Shown here: piece by piece, positions 52,550 to 61,392 of the stretch | How positions within the stretch are numbered: position 1 is the stretch's first letter | How the letters are laid out: the number at the start of each line of letters is the position of its first letter | Assembly: GCA_963793865.1 (NCBI GenBank) | Contig: CAWCBP010000001.1 | Span: 576,001 to 640,000 of the forward strand | Direction: 5' to 3' | Length of the DNA stretch: 64,000 nt | Source of the DNA: an uncultured delta proteobacterium | GTDB taxonomy: Bacteria > Desulfobacterota > WTBG01 | The notes under the pieces: model-generated | Database searches by the model: none | Seen by the model: only the letters and a program-made list of their open reading frames with translations | What the model was told of the DNA's origin: nothing | Translations under genes and position numbers: made by a program

Positions 52550-54901
52550 ATGGCTATGAAAAAATCCAGCAAAGATACTGATCAGCATCCTCTTCAGCAG
52601 TCATCGCGCATTGTGCCGGTACTGCCCTTAAAGGGTGGGGTTTTATTTCCAAATGCCATGATGCCCATAACCATCGGCCAGGAACGGTCCATTAAACTTA
52701 TTGATGAGGCACTCATTAAGGACAGGACTATCCTGGTGGTTTCGGTCAGGAACCAGGACGTAGAAGTGCCGCAGCCCGAAGATTTATACTCCGTCGGCTG
52801 TCTTTCCAGCATTGCCAAGATGATGAAGCTTAAAGACGATCAGATGAGCGTGCTCATTCAGGGGCAGTCCAGAATGCGCATCGGTGAATATACCCAAAGC
52901 ACACCCTATCTGCAGGCGAGGGTTGAAGTGATCAACGAAGACTATGAGCGGAACGTTGAAATCGATGCGCTCATGGTCAGCATCAAGAATCTGTTTCAGC
53001 GAGCGGTCGAGCTTTCTCCCGCCATACCCTCGGAGGTGGGATTCATTGTCAGGAACATGGATGATCCGCGAACCCTGGCCGATATGATTGCCGCTAATTT
53101 TAACATCAGTGTCGCCGAGAAACAGGAAATCCTTGAGCTGATCGATATTAAAAAGCGGCTGGAGCGGATTACGGTGATTTTAAACAAGGAGCTCCAGATC
53201 CTTGAGCTGGGCAGCAAGATTCAAGGTGATCTTAAAAAAGAGATGGATAAGAGCCAGCGCGACTATTATCTCAGGGAGCAGCTGAAGGCCATACAGCGTG
53301 AGCTGGGTGAAGACGATGAGCGGACGGTTGAGGTGAAAGAGCTCAGGGAGAAGATTAAGAAGGCGCAGATGCCCGAGGATGTGCTCACGGTCGCCGATAA
53401 GGAGCTCGACCGTCTCGCCAAAATGTCGCCGGCCGCTGCGGAATATACGGTTTCCAGGACGTATCTCGACTGGCTGATTGATCTTCCCTGGTCTGTGGCA
53501 ACGGAGGACAGACTGAATGTCGAAGAGGCGCAGAGGGTGCTGGATGAGGATCATTATGACCTTGAGAAGGTGAAGAAAAGGATTGTGGAATATCTCGCGG
53601 TGCGGAAGTTAAAACCCGACATGAAGGGCCCCATTCTCTGTTTCGCCGGCCCGCCGGGGACGGGCAAGACCTCCCTGGGCAAATCCATCGCCAGGGCGCT
53701 GGGGAGAAAGTTTATTCGAATGTCCCTGGGAGGCGTGCGGGATGAGGCGGAAATCCGGGGGCACCGGAGAACCTACGTGGGGGCATTGCCGGGGCGGATT
53801 ATTCAGGGCATCAAAAAAGCCGGAACCCGCAATCCTGTTTTTATGCTGGATGAGGTTGACAAGATCGGAACTGACTTCAGGGGAGATCCATCATCGGCGC
53901 TGCTCGAGGTGCTTGATCCTGAACAGAACTTCTCGTTTTCCGACAACTACCTTGAGGTACCGTTTGATCTTTCCTCAGTGATGTTTATCACCACGGCCAA
54001 CGTGCTCGACACCATTCCCCCGGCATTGCGTGACCGCATGGAGGTTCTTGATTTAACCGGATATACGGAGGATGAAAAGCTGATGATTGCCAGGCAGTAC
54101 CTGGTGCCGCGTCAGCTTGAGGCGCACGGTATCACATCTGAAATGCTCACCATTGATGACAGTGCCATCCGGGCGATCATCAGCGATTACACCAGGGAGG
54201 CGGGCTTAAGAAACCTGGAACGCGAGGTGGCAACCATTTGCCGGGCATGTGCCAAGGAATATGCCCGGGGAAAGCGGGAAGCGGTTACGGTAACCGGCGA
54301 GATGCTTAAGACATTTCTGGGCCCGGTAAAATTCTTCGCCGAGGTGGCAGAGAGAACCGCCGTGCCCGGCGTGGCCACGGGATTGGCGTGGACTCCTACC
54401 GGGGGCGACATAATCTTTGTTGAAGCCACGAAGATGAAGGGCAAAAAATCACTCATCCTGACGGGATCTCTGGGAGATGTGATGAAGGAGTCCGCCCAGG
54501 CAGCCTTAAGTTACATTCGGTCCAAGGCAAAAGAGCTGAACATCCCGGAGGATTTTTTTGAGGACAATGACATTCATCTGCATGTACCGGCCGGCGCCAT
54601 TCCCAAGGACGGGCCCTCAGCGGGAGTCACCATTTTCACCGCCCTGGTTTCACTTCTTCTGGACAGGCCGGTACGGAGTGATATCGCCATGACCGGCGAG
54701 ATTACCCTGCGCGGACTGGTTCTGCCCGTGGGGGGAATTAAGGAGAAGGTGCTGGCGGCCAAACGGGCGGGCATCACCAAAGTTATGCTTCCCAAAAAAA
54801 ATGAAAACAACCTTGAAGAGGTTTCTGAGAAGGCAAGAAGCGGTATGGAATTTTATCTGGTTGATACCATGGATCGTGTTATAGAACTTGCCCTTGCCTA
54901 G
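52550..54901 (+). CDS. lon: ATP-dependent Lon protease
   Basis: [26 protein letters not shown] and GGIKEK motifs. Confidence 0.98.
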   Translation: MAMKKSSKDTDQHPLQQSSRIVPVLPLKGGVLFPNAMMPITIGQERSIKLIDEALIKDRTILVVSVRNQDVEVPQPEDLYSVGCLSSIAKMMKLKDDQMSVLIQGQSRMRIGEYTQSTPYLQARVEVINEDYERNVEIDALMVSIKNLFQRAVELSPAIPSEVGFIVRNMDDPRTLADMIAANFNISVAEKQEILELIDIKKRLERITVILNKELQILELGSKIQGDLKKEMDKSQRDYYLREQLKAIQRELGEDDERTVEVKELREKIKKAQMPEDVLTVADKELDRLAKMSPAAAEYTVSRTYLDWLIDLPWSVATEDRLNVEEAQRVLDEDHYDLEKVKKRIVEYLAVRKLKPDMKGPILCFAGPPGTGKTSLGKSIARALGRKFIRMSLGGVRDEAEIRGHRRTYVGALPGRIIQGIKKAGTRNPVFMLDEVDKIGTDFRGDPSSALLEVLDPEQNFSFSDNYLEVPFDLSSVMFITTANVLDTIPPALRDRMEVLDLTGYTEDEKLMIARQYLVPRQLEAHGITSEMLTIDDSAIRAIISDYTREAGLRNLEREVATICRACAKEYARGKREAVTVTGEMLKTFLGPVKFFAEVAERTAVPGVATGLAWTPTGGDIIFVEATKMKGKKSLILTGSLGDVMKESAQAALSYIRSKAKELNIPEDFFEDNDIHLHVPAGAIPKDGPSAGVTIFTALVSLLLDRPVRSDIAMTGEITLRGLVLPVGGIKEKVLAAKRAGITKVMLPKKNENNLEEVSEKARSGMEFYLVDTMDRVIELALA

Positions 54902-54988
54902 CCGGCAATCTCAACCACGCTGTCATCATGCGCGCCCCGCCTTATAGACAGGTCAGTATCCCGTCGGCAGGTTAGCACTGCTATCGAC

Positions 54989-55016
54989 TTGACAATCCCA
55001 TAAATATAGGTATGGT
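54989..55016 (+). promoter_or_regulatory. sigma70-type promoter
   Basis: TTGACA-N16-TATGGT. Confidence 0.5.
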
Positions 55017-55160
55017 AATAGAGTAGCCAAGGCCTCACACGTTTCATGTAAATTTTTTATTGGCTTTGCTCGTCACGATCAGAGGAAAGGAGGTGATGGA
55101 AGGTTTGGCATTCACCTCGAAATGAAAATAATATGTTACATTCTAACAGGGAGATGGGTT

Positions 55161-55595
55161 ATGAGGAAAGCAATCTATGGCAGTGTTGTGTTTTTAATGC
55201 TGGGGCTGCTGTGCTTTACGGCTGTTGCTGCTGCGACCGATCAGCCGGCGGAAGAAACCAGAACGGAAAACAGGATAGTGGCTGTTTCCGCCCGTGAGGG
55301 TTTGAGTCCCGCAACCATGCAGGCGGCTCCCGGAACGACGGTTATCTGGGTGAATCATTCAAATCAGCCTGCGGAAATACATTTTCTGGAAAAGAAGGTC
55401 ACCCTGGCATGCGGTGCCCCGGTAAACTTTTTTATTGGCCAGGATGGCGCCTATGAATCAGCCAAAATTCCCTTTGGCGGTACCGCCAGCCTGTGCTTTT
55501 TGGAAAAGGGAAAATTTGAATATGTGTATAAGGCTTCAGCTACCTTTTACCCGCTGGAGGGGAAGGAACACAAGGGTATCATTTGGATTCAATAA
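55161..55595 (+). CDS. Secreted cupredoxin-like fold protein (paralogue 1)
   Basis: Signal peptide; PGTTVIWVN and FLEKGKFEY...GIIWIQ; no type-1 Cu ligand loop. Confidence 0.65.
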   Translation: MRKAIYGSVVFLMLGLLCFTAVAAATDQPAEETRTENRIVAVSAREGLSPATMQAAPGTTVIWVNHSNQPAEIHFLEKKVTLACGAPVNFFIGQDGAYESAKIPFGGTASLCFLEKGKFEYVYKASATFYPLEGKEHKGIIWIQ

Positions 55596-55797
55596 TGTGC
55601 AGGTTGCGATTGGCGTATGGTGGGTAGCGGACCCGCCGCGTTGTGTCCGCATGTAGATGAGCGGAGCGAAGGGTTTTTGTTGACAAGGGTATGACGGTGA
55701 TATAAATTCGAAGCGATAGTTGCTATTGCAGGGGCGGTGGTGCGAAGGGAGATTTTACATCGGTAGCGATAACAACAGTAAACGCGAGGAGGGTTAT

Positions 55798-56262
55798 ATG
55801 TATCAGAAAGTGGTTTCTGCTGTCATTCTGTTTTTTTGCGTCATTTTTCTTTCCGGACTCATGTGCTTGGCAGAGGACAAGGGCGCGGCACAGAAGGCGG
55901 CTGAGGAGGATGTGGCTATAACCAACAAGATTGTCCAGATTAACGAAAGAGAAGGTGCGAGCCCTTCGATTCTGGTTACAAGCCCGGGCACCACGGTGAT
56001 CTGGGTAAATCACTCCAAGTCGCCCCTGGAGGTGCTTTTCCTGGATAAAAAGGTTACCCTGGCCTGCGGATCTCCGGTAAACTTTTTTGTCGGAAAGGAC
56101 GGGGCGTATGAGTCAGGCAAGATTCCCTTCGGCAGCACCGCCAGTCTCTGCTTTACCGAAAAGGGCAGGTATGATTATATCGTCAAGGTTTCCAGGACTT
56201 TTTATATGCCTGCCCAGGGTGGAGCAGGAGCGGAACATCGTGGCAGTATAGTGATAGAATAA
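55798..56262 (+). CDS. Secreted cupredoxin-like fold protein (paralogue 2)
   Basis: Shares PGTTVIWVNHS and KKVTLACGxPVNFFxGxDGAYES with paralogue 1. Confidence 0.65.
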   Translation: MYQKVVSAVILFFCVIFLSGLMCLAEDKGAAQKAAEEDVAITNKIVQINEREGASPSILVTSPGTTVIWVNHSKSPLEVLFLDKKVTLACGSPVNFFVGKDGAYESGKIPFGSTASLCFTEKGRYDYIVKVSRTFYMPAQGGAGAEHRGSIVIE

Positions 56263-56330
56263 GCCGTTTGCTGACTGCGGAAGGGTGAGTTGAAGGGATA
56301 TGACCGCTGCAGTGTCAGCCATGCATACGT

Positions 56331-56368
56331 AAAACCCCTTGCCGTTTATGCGGCTGAGGGGTTTTTTT
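56331..56368. terminator. Rho-independent terminator (possibly bidirectional)
   Basis: AAAACCCCTT.GCCG-loop-CGGC.TGAGGGGTTTTTTT. Confidence 0.75.
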
Positions 56369-56427
56369 ACCGTCAGGATGGTGATTGTCGTGCTCCAGGC
56401 CGGGTGTGCCGGTGGGGGGCGGAAAGT

Positions 56428-57705
56428 CTAATCATCTTCGACGGTACAGCAGGGCTTGGCGACCGTCTCGAAGTCACCCGTTTCAAGATAGCGGGCGAGG
56501 TCACGCAGAAAGTTCGCCGCACTGATGCCGTCAACCACCCGGTGGTCCATGGACAGGGTGACCCTCATCATCTTTGCCGGTATGAATGTGCCGTCCTTCC
56601 AAACCGGCGTTTCTTTAATGGCGCTTATTGCCAGGATGGCTGTCTGGGGCGGATAGATAATGGCGGCAAAATCCGCCACGCCGAGCATGCCCAGATTGCT
56701 GATGGTGAAGGTGCCGTCGGTCAGATCATCTGAAGAGAATTTACCCGCCTCCGCTTTTTCGCGCAGCTTTTTAACGCCCCGGGAAATGTCCTCCAGGGCC
56801 AAGGTGTCAGCGCTCTTGAGCACCGGAATGATGAGGCCTTCAGGCATGCCGATGACGATGCCCATGTTGACCTCTTTTTTCAAGAGCAGTCCTCCCTCCG
56901 GGTAGATCGCATTGAGATACGGGTAATTTTTGAGGGTCATGGCAACCGCTTTAATGAGCACATCATTGATGGTAATTGTATCGGCATCGCTTCTATCCCG
57001 GTTGAGCTCAACAAGTTTTTTGAGCGCGGTGGTCATATCGATATCATAGCTCAGGTAAAAGTGCGGTATGGTTCTCTTGCTGTGACTTACAGTTGCGGCA
57101 ATGGCCTTTCTCATGGTGGATAGCACCGTCGCGCCTTCGGTGGAGACCGGCTCTGCCGGAATGGCAGGGATTAAAGTCTCCCGTGAGGGGAGGTGCGCCC
57201 TGTAATCCCGCGCATCTTTAAGGGTGATCATACCGCCGATGCCGGTTCCGGCGATCTGGGAGAGGTCTATACCCCGCTCCGCTGCGTAGTTCTTGGCGGC
57301 TGGAGAGGCCTGTGCACCCCCTGCCAATGCAGACGCTCCGGGCTCCTTCTTGTGGGGAACAACCGTTAATTGAGGTGTTTCCTTGTGCTGGGCAGGCGGT
57401 TTTTTCGTCTGCCCCGTTTTCTGTGCTCCTTCCGGCAGCGGCTCCTGCTGGGGAACGACTTCCTTCAGTTCTCCACCCACAATGGCAATGGCGGTTCCCA
57501 CGGGAACTTTCTCACCTGCCTGCACCAGTATCTGCGTCAGCACTCCTGCAACGGATGACTCCACCTCCAGCACCGCCTTGTCGGTCTCAACTTCAAACAG
57601 CGTCTCCCCCCGCTGGATGTAGTCGCCCTCATTCCTGAACCATTTGAGGAGGGTGCCTTCCACCATGGTGTCGCTCAATTTGGGCATAAGAATTTCTTCA
57701 GGCAT
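56428..57705 (-). CDS. pdhC: Dihydrolipoamide acetyltransferase E2
   Basis: Lipoyl ETDKA; peripheral subunit-binding ASPAA...GTG; catalytic DHRVVDG. Confidence 0.95.
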   Translation of the reverse strand: MPEEILMPKLSDTMVEGTLLKWFRNEGDYIQRGETLFEVETDKAVLEVESSVAGVLTQILVQAGEKVPVGTAIAIVGGELKEVVPQQEPLPEGAQKTGQTKKPPAQHKETPQLTVVPHKKEPGASALAGGAQASPAAKNYAAERGIDLSQIAGTGIGGMITLKDARDYRAHLPSRETLIPAIPAEPVSTEGATVLSTMRKAIAATVSHSKRTIPHFYLSYDIDMTTALKKLVELNRDRSDADTITINDVLIKAVAMTLKNYPYLNAIYPEGGLLLKKEVNMGIVIGMPEGLIIPVLKSADTLALEDISRGVKKLREKAEAGKFSSDDLTDGTFTISNLGMLGVADFAAIIYPPQTAILAISAIKETPVWKDGTFIPAKMMRVTLSMDHRVVDGISAANFLRDLARYLETGDFETVAKPCCTVEDD

Positions 57706-57729
57706 CACTGATTCCTTTTCAACAGCCTG

Positions 57730-58701
57730 TTAGAGAACAGAAATGGCAGCCTGAATCACATCTTCAACACGGGGAATGGCTGCCTGCTCGAGGTTTTTAG
57801 CATAGGGCATGGGGGTATCCTTTCCGGCTACCCGCACAATAGGAGCATCCAGTGAGGAAAAGGCATGCTCATATATCCGGGCGCTGACCTCTGCTCCCAC
57901 CCCGCCGGTCTTCCAGTCCTCCTCCACGATGATGGCGCGGTTGGTTTTTCGTACCGAGGCGACAAGCGTTGCAAGATCCAGGGGGCTGAGTGTTCTCAAG
58001 TCAATCAGCTCCGCCTGTATTCCCTCTTTGGCCAGTTGCGCTGCGGCCTCCCCTGCAATCAGCGCCATGTTGGAATAGGAGATGATGGTGAGGTCGGTTC
58101 CCCTGTGCCGGACCGCCGCTTTCCCGATGGGGGTGGTGTAATCCCCCGGGGGGACTTCTCCCCTGGTGTTGTAGAGGTGTTCGTGCTCCAGGAAGACGAT
58201 GGGATCATCCTCCCGTATGGCCTCCTTGAGCAATCCTTTGGCGTCCTCCGGGGTTGAGGGCATGACCACCTTTAACCCCGGGCAGTGGAGAAAGTACGAC
58301 TCCAGACTTTGGGAATGCTGGGCTCCCAGCTGGTTGCCCCCGCCCCCCGGAGCCCTGATGACCATCGGCACCTTTGTCTTGCCGCCGAACATGTAGCGGA
58401 TTTTGGCGGCGTGGTTGACGATCTGGTCCATGGCCAGGAGGGCAAAATTGACCGTCATCAGCTCTGCAACCGGCCGCAGGCCCGTCATGGCTGCACCGAT
58501 GGCCGCCCCGACGATAAGGCCCTCGGCAATGGGCATGTCAATCACGCGCTTCTCACCGAATTCGGCATAGAGCCCCTCGGTCACTTTAAAAGCGCCGCCG
58601 TACAGGCCGACGTCTTCGCCCAAAACAAAGACAGAGGGATCCCTCTGCATTTCTTCTCTCAGTGCGTCATTGAGTGCTTCCCGATAGGTGATTTCCGGCA
58701 T
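57730..58701 (-). CDS. pdhB: Pyruvate dehydrogenase E1 beta
   Basis: GEDVG.YGG, AQHSQ and IDLRTLSPLD motifs. Confidence 0.95.
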   Translation of the reverse strand: MPEITYREALNDALREEMQRDPSVFVLGEDVGLYGGAFKVTEGLYAEFGEKRVIDMPIAEGLIVGAAIGAAMTGLRPVAELMTVNFALLAMDQIVNHAAKIRYMFGGKTKVPMVIRAPGGGGNQLGAQHSQSLESYFLHCPGLKVVMPSTPEDAKGLLKEAIREDDPIVFLEHEHLYNTRGEVPPGDYTTPIGKAAVRHRGTDLTIISYSNMALIAGEAAAQLAKEGIQAELIDLRTLSPLDLATLVASVRKTNRAIIVEEDWKTGGVGAEVSARIYEHAFSSLDAPIVRVAGKDTPMPYAKNLEQAAIPRVEDVIQAAISVL

Positions 58702-58721
58702 GTGGCAAATGCTCCGCTTTC

Positions 58722-59141
58722 TCAGCCAAGTCTGCCCACTACACGGCACTCGGTGGTAAGGGTTTTGTTAACCGGGCACCTGTCTGCGATTTCCAGGAGC
58801 CGTTCCCGCTGTTCCTGGGTAAGGTCACCCTTGAGATGAATGGTTTTGGCGATCTGGTCAAGCTTCCCCTCCTGCGTGACGCATTCGTCGCAATCTGCGG
58901 CATGTATTTTCTCATGGGTCAGCGTAACCTGCACCCCTTCCAGAGACCATCCTTTGCGGCGCGCGTACATGGTGATGGTCATTGCGGTACAGCCGCCGAG
59001 GGCGGAAAGGAGAAGATCATAGGGATCCGGTCCCTTGCCGTCGCCGCCCACGTCCTTGGCTTCGTCTATGATTAAGGTGTGCTGGCCCGTTCTCGCTTCC
59101 TGCTGGTAGTTTTTAATGTGCCGTACCACAACTTCCTTCAT
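58722..59141 (-). CDS. OsmC family protein
   Basis: GPDPYDLLLSALGGCT...IADRCPV; extra internal CDEC. Confidence 0.9.
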   Translation of the reverse strand: MKEVVVRHIKNYQQEARTGQHTLIIDEAKDVGGDGKGPDPYDLLLSALGGCTAMTITMYARRKGWSLEGVQVTLTHEKIHAADCDECVTQEGKLDQIAKTIHLKGDLTQEQRERLLEIADRCPVNKTLTTECRVVGRLG

Positions 59142-59163
59142 CGGTCGCGCTCCTTAGATGCGT

Positions 59164-60138
59164 TTAATCGACATAAATATCCTTCATCAGCTCTTCCATC
59201 TCCGGCCATGCGCTGCTGTCGGCGAACCGCACCGATTCATCCACCGTCGCATTAATTGTTTCCTGCAGTTCCTTAAGATCATCGGGGGAGATAATGGCCT
59301 GGTCCCTCAGTTGTTTCGCAAGCCTGACAATGGGATCACGTTCCTTCCAGATTTTTTCCTCCCGCTTGGTGCGGTAATCATCGGGGTCTGACATGGAATG
59401 GCCGCGGTAGCGATAGGTTACGGCCTCGATGAATGAGGGCCCGTCACCTTCCCGCGCCCGATCCACCGCGCTCTCAATTGCCTCGCGCACTGCCAGTACA
59501 TCCATTCCATCAACCTGTTCGCTCGGCATGTCGTAAGCCTTGATCCGTTTATAGAGCTCTTTGGGCGGTGATACCCGGGCAAGAGAGGTTCCGATGGCAA
59601 AAAAATTGTTTTCACAAATAAAGATGATCGGGAGTTTCCAGGCTGAGGCAAGATTCAGCGATTCGTGAAAGGCGCCGGCATTAGTTGCCCCGTCACCAAA
59701 AAAGCTGACCACAACCGCGTCTTCCTCTTTGTACTGCAAGGCCATCCCAATGCCAACGGTAATCGGCAGCCCTCCGCCGACAATCGCATAGCCCCCGAGA
59801 AATCGCAGCTTATTATCAAAAAGGTGCATGGAACCGCCCTTTCCCTTGCAGATTCCCGTCGCGCGGCCAAACAGTTCCGCCATGACCTCCCTGGGATCAG
59901 CTCCTTTCGCCAGGCAGTGACCATGATCGCGGTAGGAACTGATGACGTAGTCCCTTTCGCTCAGGGCTGCTATGGCGCCGACGGCAACCGCTTCTTCTCC
60001 GATATAGAGGTGCGAAAACCCGGTTATTTTACCGCGGGCATACATTTCTGCCGCCTTTTCCTCAAAGCGTCTGATGAGGAACATGGTTTTGTAGAGATTG
60101 ACAAGCGTGTCGCCTGTCAGCGCGCGTTTACGGGCCAT
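59164..60138 (-). CDS. pdhA: Pyruvate dehydrogenase E1 alpha
   Basis: GKGGSMH, FFGDGA...ENN (TPP) and YRYRGHSMSD motifs. Confidence 0.96.
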   Translation of the reverse strand: MARKRALTGDTLVNLYKTMFLIRRFEEKAAEMYARGKITGFSHLYIGEEAVAVGAIAALSERDYVISSYRDHGHCLAKGADPREVMAELFGRATGICKGKGGSMHLFDNKLRFLGGYAIVGGGLPITVGIGMALQYKEEDAVVVSFFGDGATNAGAFHESLNLASAWKLPIIFICENNFFAIGTSLARVSPPKELYKRIKAYDMPSEQVDGMDVLAVREAIESAVDRAREGDGPSFIEAVTYRYRGHSMSDPDDYRTKREEKIWKERDPIVRLAKQLRDQAIISPDDLKELQETINATVDESVRFADSSAWPEMEELMKDIYVD

Positions 60139-60167
60139 GAGCAGTTCCGTGCTAAACCGGGTGCGTT

Positions 60168-60467
60168 CTAGTGTTTAAGAATCTTGGGCATACAGAGGAG
60201 GTTCTTGCTTACAGAAATACGCCCGCAGGCGTCACAATAATAACGGGCATCGTCCACCTTGGGTTTGCAGAGATGGCGCGGATTGGTTGAGGCGACGCCG
60301 CAGTATTCACAGGTGTATGCGGCCTTGACCGTGCCCGGGTTGCACAGATGCTTCTTATCGGTGGTGGTTCTGCCACAGGTCCTGCAGGTGTAGATTTTCC
60401 CGGCCGAGGCTGCCGGGGTCTTCTTTGTTGCGGACCGCTTGGGTGAGGTTTTCTTTTTCGCTGCCAT
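60168..60467 (-). CDS. Small basic protein with three CxxCG-x8-9-LCxP repeats
   Basis: YTCRTCG..HLCNP, YTCEYCG..HLCKP and YYCDACG..LLCMP; strong SD. Confidence 0.75.
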   Translation of the reverse strand: MAAKKKTSPKRSATKKTPAASAGKIYTCRTCGRTTTDKKHLCNPGTVKAAYTCEYCGVASTNPRHLCKPKVDDARYYCDACGRISVSKNLLCMPKILKH

Positions 60468-60813
60468 GTCACACCTCCTTAATTAGATAGTCTGCCGGAA
60501 ACACAATTTACCTAATGATAATAGCATAGGATAGGACAGAGGCATTTGTCAAGATGTGCTTTGAGGCCCGGCATGCCGGCTGCACCGGCAGCAAAGCATG
60601 AAAGCCCGTGCCGGCGGAAATAAGCATCTATAGCTTCCTGACAGGACAAGCATCAGGATGGTGGAAGGAGGTGGTTGCTGCCGAAGGGGGCGTCGTGGGG
60701 AAGATGGATGCCGCTGTCATACCGACGGCATTGATGCCATAATTCTGATTGTATCCCAAAAGATTGTTACAGAGCATTATATGCGGACAACCTGCAATGG
60801 GGTGGCAAAAAGT

Positions 60814-60972
60814 CTACGGCTGCCGTTTTAATTTCTTCTCATATTTTTTCAGCATGAGATCAATTCCTTCCCGTACCAGTACCGCCTGCGGGATTCTTGT
60901 CTTGGTGGATAGCTTGACCAATTTTTCCACCAGCTTTGTGTCAAGATAAATGGTACGCAGAATCTTTGTCAT
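60814..60972 (-). CDS. Ribbon-helix-helix DNA-binding protein (52 aa, below the ORF-track cutoff)
   Basis: MTKILRTIYLDTKLVEKLVKLSTKTRIPQAVLVREGIDLMLKKY; SD GGAG. Confidence 0.8.
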   Translation of the reverse strand: MTKILRTIYLDTKLVEKLVKLSTKTRIPQAVLVREGIDLMLKKYEKKLKRQP

Positions 60973-61015
60973 GTGTACTCTCCCGAACCATAACTGTTAG
61001 GTTGTGTCATATGCA

Positions 61016-61336
61016 TTACACGAAATTGCCGATACATTTTCCGATGTAGTACACTGATTTTTTGTGCACCTCCTTGAACTGAATGCCATACCCATCATCA
61101 TGCACACCGGTGTGCTTTACCAAACCGAAAACCACGACTGCTTCAGCACTGCCCGGAATGTCGAGTTTAAGCGATATGCGGGAGGGAACGGGGAGCGAAT
61201 CAAACTCGGGGGATTTTTGGATAAAGCATCCTCCGAGGGATAAGTTCCGGGTCAGTCCCGTCCTTAAGGTGGCCAGATCCTGCACCCTGACGGCGGTGTT
61301 AAAGCGTGGATAGTTCCTTTGTTCTTTTTCCGGCAC
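61016..61336 (-). CDS. Single-domain PilZ protein
   Basis: RNYPR, NLSLGG and YGIQF motifs. Confidence 0.85.
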   Translation of the reverse strand: MPEKEQRNYPRFNTAVRVQDLATLRTGLTRNLSLGGCFIQKSPEFDSLPVPSRISLKLDIPGSAEAVVVFGLVKHTGVHDDGYGIQFKEVHKKSVYYIGKCIGNFV

Positions 61337-61392
61337 GGCAGCCTCGCTCTGTGCTCCTATTCTGCAGCAGTTTTAAATCCATGTAAAGTGTT

